Positions 8,251-17,900 of a stretch of 64,000 nt of DNA are shown here, piece by piece (position 1 is the first letter of the stretch; the number at the start of each line of letters is the position of its first letter). The notes under the pieces were generated by a model, which worked only from the letters and a program-made list of their open reading frames with translations, did not search any database and was not told the origin of the DNA. Location of the stretch: contig JBODTK010000129.1 of assembly GCA_050613775.1 (NCBI GenBank), positions 248,001 through 312,000 on the forward strand, written 5' to 3'. Both the position numbers and the translations under genes were made by a program. This stretch comes from Neocallimastix sp. 'constans'. Taxonomy: Eukaryota.

Positions 8251-11200
8251 GAATACCTCCTATTTATAACAATTACGCAGAAGTATTCAATGAAAGAAAT
8301 TGCAACGTACTCCCTCCACATCGTGAATATGATTGTGAAATAAGATTAAAGGATAATTCAAATTTATTTTATGGTCCAATATATCCCTTAACTGAGGCAG
8401 AACGAGATGAACTAAAAAAGTATATAAAAGAAAATTTAGAAAAGGGATTCATTAGGAAATCCAAGTCACCCGCTGGTGCACCTGTATTATTTGTTAAAAA
8501 GAAAGATGGTTCATTGAGATTATGTGTTGATTATAGAAAATTGAATGAAATGACCATCCGTAATTCTTATCCTCTTCCTTTAATAAGTGAATTATTAGAT
8601 AGAGTTAAAGGTGCAAAATATTTTACCAAGTTGGACTTAAAGTCTGCCTATAATTTAGTAAGAATTAAAGAAGGTGATGAGTACAAGACTGCATTTCGTA
8701 CTAGATATGGTCATTTTGAATATTTAGTTATGCCTTTTGGCTTAAAAAATGCTCCAGCCACCTTCCAGCATTTTATAAATGATGTTCTTAGCGATTACTT
8801 AGATGATTTTGTTATTTCTTACATTGATGACATATTAATTTATTCGAATAGTTTAGAGAAACATCATGAACACGTTAAAAAGGTGCTTAAAAAATTATTA
8901 GAAAATAACTTGTACATTAAATTAGAGAAATGTGAATTCGATGTTACTGAAACCTCTTTCCTTGGTTACATTTTATCAAAAGATGGTTTGAAAGTTGATC
9001 CTGAAAAGGTTAAAGCTATCCTAGATTGGCCTGTTCCTTCTAATGTAAAGGAAATACAATCATTTATTGGATTATGTAATTATTATAGAATTTTTATCAA
9101 GGATTTTGCTAAGATTGCGCGGCCCTTACATAAACTTACTAGGAAAAATGTTCCATTTCTCTGGGGTTCTGATCAACAAAAATCCTTTGATAAATTAAAA
9201 GAACTTTTTACTTCTGCTCCAATTTTAAGAAATCCTGATAGTAACAAACCTTTCATTGTGGAAACTGATGCTTCTAATTTCGCTGTTGGAGCTATACTTT
9301 CCCAAGAATTTGATGGTCAGTTACACCCAATTGCTTTTATTTCTACCAGTCTAACCAAATCTCAACTAAATTACCCCATTTATGATAAAGAGCTTCTTGC
9401 AATTAAAGTTGCTTTGGAAGAATGGCGTCATTACCTTGAAGGTGCTCGCCATCCATTTACTATTTATACCGATCATAAAAACCTTACTTTTCCTAGGAAG
9501 CCTGAGCTACTTTCTCAACGACAAATTCGTTGGTATGAATTTCTTTCTCGTTTCGATTTTAATCTTGTGTATCGTTCTGGTAAAAAATCTGGTAAACCAG
9601 ATATTTTGTCAAGAAGAAGTGATCATTTATTTGATTGTTCTCGTGATGTTTCTTGTTGTGTTATTAATCGTAACTCATGTGACGAGTCCTTAATTAATTC
9701 TATTTTGAAATCTTTAAATAATGATGATCTTTTTATAAAAATTAAATCATTTATTTTAAATAATAGTAATGTTAATCCACCTATTAAATTTATTGATAAG
9801 TGTAAAATTGATAAGGAAGGTTTCTTACTTTTTGATAACTTAATTTATGTCCCTCAGAATCTTCGCACAAGAGTTCTTGAAATACACCATGACTCTGTTA
9901 CTGCTGGTCATTTCGGTGTACGCAAAACATTTGATTTGATTAATCGTAACTTTTGGTGGCCTAAGTTACGTAATGATGTTAAAAAGTTTGTTAAGTCCTG
10001 TGAAACTTGCTGCAAAGCTAAAGTTCCAAGACATAAACCCTACGGTCTTTTATCTCCTTTGTCTACCCCCGACAGACCATGGTCAGACATCTCCATGGAT
10101 TTTATTGTTGAATTACCGAAATCCAAAGATATGACCACTGTCATGACTGTTGTAGATAGATTGACTAAAATGGCACATTTTATTCCTTTACGTTGTCTTC
10201 CTACTGCTTCAATTGCTGCCGATTCTTTTATTAACCATATCTTTAGGTTACATGGCTTTCCTGATTCCATTGTTTCGGATAGAGGTACGCAATTTACTTC
10301 TGATTTTTGGAATCGTCTTTGCGAATTATTAAACATTAAGTTGTCATTCTCCACTTCGAACCATCCGCAGACTGATGGTCAAACGGAGAGGGTGAACGGA
10401 ATATTGGAACAATATCTCCGTTGTTTCATAAATGAAAAACAAAATAATTGGGTTGACTTGTTGCCTTTTGCCGAATTTGCTTATAATAATACTCTGCAAC
10501 AATCAATCAGTCAATCACCATTTTTTGCAAACTATGGATTTAATCCAAAATTTAGTTTAGAAATTCCTTCTTCAGATAGTCCTCATAGAGCTGATGTTAG
10601 AGTGAAAGATATAAATGAAAATATTAAATTTTTAAAGGAAAATTTAGAGTCAGCTAAAGAAACTTATAAAAAGTATGCCGATTTCAAAAGATCATCCTCG
10701 CCAGATTTTGAAGTTGGTAAAAAAGTTTGGTTACTCAAAGGAAATACAACTAAGAATGTAAAAAGGAAATTAGCAGACCAAATGCTTGGTCCATTTGAAA
10801 TTGTGAAGAAAGTTAGTTCATTAGCCTACGAACTCAAATTACCAAGTAATATGCGTTGTCACCCTGTTTTCCATGTATCTTTACTGGAACCATTTTATGA
10901 AAATGAATTTGCTAATAGAAATAATAGGAAAAGAAAGAATATTAAGTTAACTACCGATACCATAGATAAGATTCCTGAAAGAATTATTGATATGAGGACA
11001 TATAGAGGAAAAAATCGTTTCCTCGTATCTTGGAAAGGCCTAGATTCTGTTGAAGATTCTTGGATCGATGAAGATCAAATTTACGATAGACAGCTAATTC
11101 AAGAGTACTTTCGTAAATCTAAAAGGAATAAACGAAATAATGTGGTTGATGATGGTGATAAAGATTTTAATGAAGAATACATTAGGCATAAATATCAACC

Positions 11201-11261
11201 ATTTATAATTGACATTCCTTCCCGGAGATTGAACTCTATAGTTCGCAGGAGCTCAACTTAA
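8232..11261 (+). CDS. Pol of element B (RT, RNase H, integrase, chromodomain), in the -1 frame relative to the upstream ORF
   Basis: Frame is open from 8232 (IKSKIIGIPPIY..LPPHREYD). Motifs: YIDD, ETDAS, HHCC zinc finger, SMDF/SDRG/GQTER, GPF, and chromodomain ERIIDMR..FLVSWKGLDSVEDSW. Confidence 0.93.
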   Translation: MKSKIIGIPPIYNNYAEVFNERNCNVLPPHREYDCEIRLKDNSNLFYGPIYPLTEAERDELKKYIKENLEKGFIRKSKSPAGAPVLFVKKKDGSLRLCVDYRKLNEMTIRNSYPLPLISELLDRVKGAKYFTKLDLKSAYNLVRIKEGDEYKTAFRTRYGHFEYLVMPFGLKNAPATFQHFINDVLSDYLDDFVISYIDDILIYSNSLEKHHEHVKKVLKKLLENNLYIKLEKCEFDVTETSFLGYILSKDGLKVDPEKVKAILDWPVPSNVKEIQSFIGLCNYYRIFIKDFAKIARPLHKLTRKNVPFLWGSDQQKSFDKLKELFTSAPILRNPDSNKPFIVETDASNFAVGAILSQEFDGQLHPIAFISTSLTKSQLNYPIYDKELLAIKVALEEWRHYLEGARHPFTIYTDHKNLTFPRKPELLSQRQIRWYEFLSRFDFNLVYRSGKKSGKPDILSRRSDHLFDCSRDVSCCVINRNSCDESLINSILKSLNNDDLFIKIKSFILNNSNVNPPIKFIDKCKIDKEGFLLFDNLIYVPQNLRTRVLEIHHDSVTAGHFGVRKTFDLINRNFWWPKLRNDVKKFVKSCETCCKAKVPRHKPYGLLSPLSTPDRPWSDISMDFIVELPKSKDMTTVMTVVDRLTKMAHFIPLRCLPTASIAADSFINHIFRLHGFPDSIVSDRGTQFTSDFWNRLCELLNIKLSFSTSNHPQTDGQTERVNGILEQYLRCFINEKQNNWVDLLPFAEFAYNNTLQQSISQSPFFANYGFNPKFSLEIPSSDSPHRADVRVKDINENIKFLKENLESAKETYKKYADFKRSSSPDFEVGKKVWLLKGNTTKNVKRKLADQMLGPFEIVKKVSSLAYELKLPSNMRCHPVFHVSLLEPFYENEFANRNNRKRKNIKLTTDTIDKIPERIIDMRTYRGKNRFLVSWKGLDSVEDSWIDEDQIYDRQLIQEYFRKSKRNKRNNVVDDGDKDFNEEYIRHKYQPFIIDIPSRRLNSIVRRSST

Positions 11262-11271
11262 AGGGCGAGAA
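11260..11271 (+). promoter_or_regulatory. Polypurine tract of element B
   Basis: AAAGGGCGAGAA immediately precedes the 3' LTR. Confidence 0.85.
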
Positions 11272-12040
11272 TGTAAAGATTTAATAAAATCTTTAATAAA
11301 TTAATTATTACATAATTAATTAATGTAATAAAATTACATAAATTTATGATTTACGTATATGAAAATTAATTATAAATTTATGTAAAGTTTTCATAAAGGA
11401 AAAATTATTATTTAAATAATTTTGGATAATAACTTAAATCTAAATAATTTATTTAAGTTAGTTAATTTAGTTTAGTTTATTTAAAATAGTTATTCTATTT
11501 AACTTAGTTAATTTAGTTTAGTTAGTTTAAAATACTTTAAAATTAATTTCGGAATAGTTTTAAATAGTTAAAATTAGTTTAAATAGTTTACAAAAATAGT
11601 TTTGAATTGTAAATATATAAACATTAGTATTAATAATATTTATATAATAAATATATAATAAATGAGTTGTTATTGAATTTAATTATTATTGTAAATAAGT
11701 TGAAAGTTTATTAAATTAATTATTGTTTAGTTTAGTTAATTATTATTTAATAAAATTATTAATAAATATTTTGTTTATAACTAAATAGTAATATATGTAA
11801 ATTAGATAGAAATAATATATTATAATGTAATAATGAAAAAATATAAATACATGTAAATTTCTATAATTAAATCGATGTATTAGTTATTGACTATATGATA
11901 GTTAATAACAAAAAAGAGATTTAATTTTTTTTAATTAATAAAGATTATTTTATTTAAAAAAACGAATTTTTATTACGTGTTTTTTTATTTTTGTGTTAAA
12001 ATTTGTTATTTGTAATCTGTTTCTGATAGAACTCTTTACA
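11272..12040 (+). repeat. 3' LTR of element B
   Basis: Same length as, and by eye identical to, 4806-5574. Confidence 0.97.
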
Positions 12041-12079
12041 CTTAAATAAATTAGGAGTTCGATGTAATGGACCAGTTAT

Positions 12080-12621
12080 TGATACGACACTTACAAATAA
12101 TATAGAAATAACTATAAAAATAATTTAAATAATAGATAAATAATTTAATACATGTAAATAAATGAGTTTGTACAATTAATAAGTATTAATAAAATTAAAT
12201 AAGATAAACTAACCAATAGAATAGAGTTAAGAGAAATAATGAAATATAAAATGAAGAAAATAAATAATAAATTAAGAAGGAAGTTAGAGAGCTAACTAAA
12301 AAGTTAATATTAAGGAGAGAAAACTTAATATTATTATAATTATAGTTATAAAGAAAATAATTAGTTATTCAGAGGAATTAACTAATATAAAATTTAGTAG
12401 AATTTAATATGTATTAATATAACTAAAATAATAAAATATATTGATTAATATTTAAATATAAAATAAAATAATAAAATTAAAATACGACAAAAGAATTATT
12501 ATTGTTTACTATATATTTTATTAGTGTTTGTTTATTATTATATTCTTCTGTTAGAATATATTATTTTATAATCAAACAACTTGCTCAACCGAACACTGAT
12601 ACTTTTAATAATATCGTATCA
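12080..12621. mobile_element. Probable solo LTR (F, 542 bp)
   Basis: Perfect 8-bp terminal inverted repeat TGATACGA...TCGTATCA; no clean TSD. Confidence 0.55.
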
Positions 12622-12625
12622 TTCT

Positions 12626-13439
12626 TGATAAGAATGTACTAAATAATGCATTCTTAATTAAATCTACGATTTATTTCTAATACATTATGTGTACATTATT
12701 ATTTTTGTACTTTAATAAATTTTTAAATCCAAAGATCAAAAATTAAATCAAAAATTATATTAAACTTTATATTTTTATATTAAATCTTATATTAATAGTA
12801 ATATTTTTATATATTTAAAACTTATATTAGCAATATTAATAATAAATCTTATTTTTTTTTTATATTAATAATGAAAATTTGTATTAATAATATTTTTATA
12901 TATTGATAATTAAAAATTTATATATTATATTTTAACTTTTATTATAAAATTTTATATCGAAATGTTTTATTTTATATTGAAAAATATTTTATTTTATTAA
13001 AAACCTTTATATTAGAATAGTATTTTTATTTCTATTTGAATATTTTAACAGATTGTAATAAAAATTATAGCCAATTAAATAAATTCTTATTAGTAATATT
13101 TTAGATATTTTAAAAAAAAAAATGTTTTATTAATATTATAAATGTATTTTATTTATATTGTTATAATTAAATTTTATATAATTGATTATAAAATTCAATT
13201 TAAATTTAATAGTTTTTATAAAAAAAAAAAAAATAAATAAAATGTAATTTAGTGGCAAGAACAACTTTTATGCCTTGAAAAAAGTATAAATAGTTGTAAA
13301 TTTTGCTACTAATTTTTAAATATCATAAAATATGATCAAGTAAAATTAATAAAATAAATAAATAAAAAAAAATAATAAACAAATAAATAAAATTTGTGTT
13401 TCTTACTTTATTTTTATTTAATTCTCTAAAACCTTAACA
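12626..13439 (+). repeat. 5' LTR of element C
   Basis: TGATAAG...CTTAACA; direct repeat of 19841-20705 with several substitutions and A-tract length differences. Confidence 0.93.
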
Positions 13440-13445
13440 TTTATA

Positions 13446-13463
13446 TGGTGGAGATATCGGGGA
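13446..13463 (+). promoter_or_regulatory. tRNA primer binding site of element C, probably tRNA-Ala
   Basis: TGGTGGAGATATCGGGGA is complementary to a tRNA 3' end TCCCCGATATCTCCACCA; ...TCTCCACCA is typical of tRNA-Ala. Confidence 0.8.
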
Positions 13464-13643
13464 ATTAAATAGAAATAATAGTAAATAACATAGATTTTTT
13501 TTAATTTTTTTTTTATTTTATATTGATAAACAAGTAAGTCGTTAATCCTTTGATTAACCTATGGCGCTTGTTTGATATATATATATATAAAAAAAAAAAA
13601 AAATTTTTTTAAATAAGTAAAATTAAGATTCTAAAAAAACCAA

Positions 13644-14300
13644 ATCTTGTAAAACTATAACAAGGAGCGGATAGAGCTCATACACAGTGTATTTCCAGAA
13701 AACAACAAAATATCTATTATTCATAGTAGGTTATTGGATAATAGTTATTTTGGGAATTAATTGGAAAGTAGACGAAGGTATTTGGTTACCGACCCGGTAA
13801 TAATAGTTCAGCCTTCAACGTTTCAACACACGAAGGTGCGGGTACTTTCCAAGCACTGGCGAATAAGGAGCTTACGTCACCGAAGGCGTAAGATTGTTTT
13901 TTTTTTATATTTTTTTTATTTTTCTTTGTGCTAGTTATAAGGCACTTTATTATATAAAGTATCAGACTTTGGCTAACTTCGCCATTTAAATTTTTTTATT
14001 TTTTTTATTACTGATACTTTATTTGTTTAATAATTCCTGTAAAAGAATCTTAATTTACTTTGAAAATATTGTGTTTTTAGTTAATTTTTATTAGTTAATA
14101 AAAATATTATTGAATACTTTTAAAATTTTTTTTATTCCGTACATAGATTATCGGATTAAGTTTATCCTACATAGTAATTGGGCTAGTGGGCTCTGAACTG
14201 CTATATTTTATATTGAATATAGTAATCGTGGCACACGCGTGGCATGACACCATTAGGTAAGCTGCACGTCAGACAGTGTGTACTATCAGATTGTACGACA
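13644..14300 (+). other. Candidate structured RNA domains in the 5' leader of element C
   Basis: GC-enriched islands with many complementary pairs, e.g. TTGGAAAGTA/TACTTTCCAA, CAGTGT/GCACTG, CTTACGTC/GGCGTAAG, AAAGTATCAG/CTGATACTTT, CGTACA/TGTACG. Confidence 0.6.
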
Positions 14301-14466
14301 ATAAAGATTATTTTTTGTGTTTAATAATTATAATTAATTAATAATTTTATTAGCTATAACAATACAATATTTATCGTTTAAAAAGAAAAATTTTTGAAAG
14401 GTGAAAATAATAAATAAAACTTTGCTTCTAAATTTATTACTACAAATATACTAAATTACAAAATTC

Positions 14467-14736
14467 AAGTGGTCGATAAAGATTTCGAGCTTGAAAAATA
14501 TTCTATTAAGTTGTCGATAAAGATTTCGAACTTAAAATTATTCTATTAAGTTGTCGATAAAGATTTCGAACTTAAAATTATTCCATTGAGTTGTCGATAA
14601 AGATTTCGAACTTAAAAATTATTCTATTGAGTTGTCGATAAAGATTTCGAACTTAAAAATTATTCTTAATAAAGTAGTCGAAAAGAACCTCGTGCTTTAT
14701 AATTTCTACTAAGTTGTCGATAAGGATTTCGAGCTT
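14467..14736 (+). repeat. ~40-bp tandem hairpin repeat (7 copies) upstream of gag in element C
   Basis: Unit AAGTTGTCGATAAAGATTTCGAACTTAAAATTATTCTATT; each unit is self-complementary. Confidence 0.9.
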
Positions 14737-14911
14737 ATATCTACTAAAGAAAGCAAATAAAATTATTATTTTCAAAAGTTACTAAAATATATTGTTTTAA
14801 AAATTGATTCGATATTAAATTACCTATTAAATTATATTTTTAAAGTTGTATTTCCAAATTTATTCTTATTTAATCACCTCATTAATATACAACAAGAAAT
14901 ATTTAAACAAA

Positions 14912-17900
14912 ATGTCCAAGGAAACAACTTTGAGCTTTAAAGAATTGAAAAAAGAATTGAGAGATATTGTGAAACTTAGAAAGGACAATTTAGATATTAA
15001 GTCCTGGGCTACTGAATTAAAACTTTGGATCAAGATACAAGGTATTACAGATCCAGAAACAATATTTAATGCTTGTTTACTTACCAGCTCTGGTGAAGTA
15101 CAACGCGTTATTGAAGATTTGAGAGTAGATAGTGATGATGAAAGTGATGATTCATCAGATGAAGAAGAAGAAGATGATGAAGAAGAAAATGTTGATGATG
15201 ATATTAAATTTCCTTCTCTTGGAAAAATTATTTCAAGTCTTGAAAATTTTTACGGTATTAAAGAAGACCAAAATTTACTTCTTAAAGAACTTCGTGCAAT
15301 GCGAATTAAAAGAAACGAAAAGATTAAAGACTTTAATGTAAGATATAGAACTTTGTACACTAAACTTGATAAAAAGAGAAGAAAGCGCATTGGTGTACTA
15401 GATTATATTGATTCTATTCAAAATAATTATGAAGCCTGGAAGAAATTATCCCTTAAAGATGATATAAGTATGGAGAAAGCTTTCAAAATTGCCGAGAAAG
15501 TAGATAGACTTTCTGTAAGGAACAATAATATTAATACCTATAATGTTAATAATTCCCAGCATAATCAAAATAATCAAAACAGTACTACTTCAAGACTTTA
15601 TCCTAAAAGAAGAAACGAAACTTTCCAAACAAGTCAAACAAATAATAAACCGAAACCTCAAGATATTATAGAAGAATCAACCCAGAAAATGAGAAATTTA
15701 TCTGTTAAAACTTGCTTCTTCTGTAAGGAAGAAGGTCATTACTCATACTATTGCCCTCAATTAAATAAGATTATGGAAAAAAATAAAAAAAGAAATATAT
15801 TCCAAAAAGTCTTTAAACTTCTAAATGGGAGCAGAAGCACTCCCAATGACAAAACAATAGCTTCATTAAATAATTTACAAAATAATACTTTTACTAAGAA
15901 TACTCCAATTGATAATAATTCCTTTAATGAAGAATCTGAAGAATCTGATTTTAGTGACACAACTGAAAGTGATGATGATATCATTATAAATGCTATAAAA
16001 AGAAAAATGAATGATAATAACAGCGAAAAAGAAGAAAATAATTCCAAGAAAGTACATAAAAGTTTAAAAGATAATCCACGTCCTTTCGCAACTCCTGCTT
16101 TAAGAAAGAAGAAAGAAAATGAGCTACATAATAAACCAAATAAAGTTTATAAAAATCAAATACTTCCTTCAATTTTAACTCAACCAAATATTAACAAAGA
16201 AAAACAAAAAGAAAAGGAATTAAGAAATATGACAAGAGTAAGAGAAAGTAAAGAAGAAAACAACAATTATTCATCAAAAGGAAAGGAAAAAGTTGAATCT
16301 GAAGATATACTTGTAATCGATAATGAAATAGAAGATCTAGAAATGAATAAAGATAATCAACAAAATAAAACTAATACTTTGGAAAAATTAATTTCAACAA
16401 AAACTAAAGAAACTAATAATGGAAATACTCAGTTAGTAAAAAGGAATATCAAAATGATGAATAATAAAGAACCTTACAATATTATGGATGATTTAAATAA
16501 TCTTAAATCCAGTATTACGATAGGTCAACTCTTGAGTGCATGTCCGAAAATTCGTTCACAATTAACTCAAGATTTAAAGTTAGAAAAATCTAAAATAATT
16601 GGAACTGTAGACAATGTAATAGCACGAACTTTATTAGTGAATAACTATGATCATAGCTACATAAGTAAAAGTAATGAAGTAGCCGAAGAAGACTTAGCAA
16701 TGGTTGATGCAAGAGTTGACGGAGTACTAGGAAAACTTTTAATTGATTCTTGTAGTAACCTAAGCATCGTTACTAAGCAGTATTTTGATAAATTACCTGG
16801 TGAATATGAAACAGTTGGAAAAAGTCGTGGAAGAATCCAACTAGCAACACAAGATGAAGAATACTCGGAAGGAATTATTGTTCGATTACCAGTAAAAATT
16901 AATAATTATGAATTTAATGCGGACTTTAGAATTATTGAGAAAGAAGACTCTTTTTATGATATGTTAATAAACTTTAAAACTCAAATCGATCATTGTTTAT
17001 TTATTCATCCGACCTTAAACAGTTTATGTAAACTTTTGTCAGAAAGTGAATACGAAGAAATAGCTAAAATAAATAATCAATATTATGATGAAGAAAGTAT
17101 AATTTGTACTATTAGAAAAGTTAAAGAAACGAATAATGAAAAGGAAATTATAAAGGAATTAACTCCAATGGAATTTATTGAGAGTGATGAATTTTTAAGT
17201 ACCTTAAATAAGGATTATAAAGAACAAATTATTAAAATTCTCAAAGAAATGATTGACATAGTTGCCACTTCAACAGAAGAACTAACTCCTTCTAAACTTT
17301 CACCACATAAGATTCGTTTAAAAGCAAATGCAAAGCCAGTAAAATTAAGAAGCTATAGGTTAACTAAATTAAAATCAGATATCTTAAAAGAAGAACTTAC
17401 AAAACTTATTAAGAAAGGATTGATAGAACCATCCTGTTCAGAATGGTCATCTCCAGTAGTACTTATTCTAAAACACAATGGAAAGTGGCGCTTGTGCATT
17501 GACTACCGAAAAGTCAATGATATGACAGAAAAAGATTCTTATTCAGTTCCATATATAGATGAAATTTTTGATAGTCTCGGAGGAGCTAAAATATTTACAA
17601 CTCTTGATTTATTTTCTGGTTTTCACCAAATCTTAATGGATGAAGAAAGCGTTGAAGTAACCACTTTCACTACTAAGTTTGGAAATTATCAATTTAAGGT
17701 TATGCCTTTTGGACTTACTGGAGCTCCCTCAACCTTCCAAAGAGAAATGAATAAAATTTTATTCCCTTTTATTGGTGAATTTGTTTACGTATTTATTGAT
17801 GATGTTTTGATCTATTCAAAAAGTATCGAAGAACATTTAATTCATATTAAACAAGTATTAGAAGTATTTAAAGAAAACAAGTTAAAAATTAATATTGAAA

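Larger units (their letters stand above)
4806..12040 (+). mobile_element. Complete Ty3/gypsy chromovirus LTR retrotransposon B (7235 bp)
   Basis: Two 769-bp TG...CA LTRs; 5-bp TSD CTTAA (4801-4805 and 12041-12045); PPT; domain order Gag-PR-RT-RH-IN-chromodomain. Confidence 0.97.

Noticed and set aside
8514..8516. TTG start of the 915-aa pol ORF
   Set aside because: Falls inside the RT domain; the frame is open from 8232.
13680..13872. HDV-like ribozyme call based on GGCGAAT
   Set aside because: P1, P1.1 and P3/L3 could not be identified; kept only as an unclassified structured RNA.
14467..14736. Palindromic 40-bp repeats as a CRISPR-like array
   Set aside because: Inter-hairpin segments are near-identical 14-17-bp linkers, not unique spacers.
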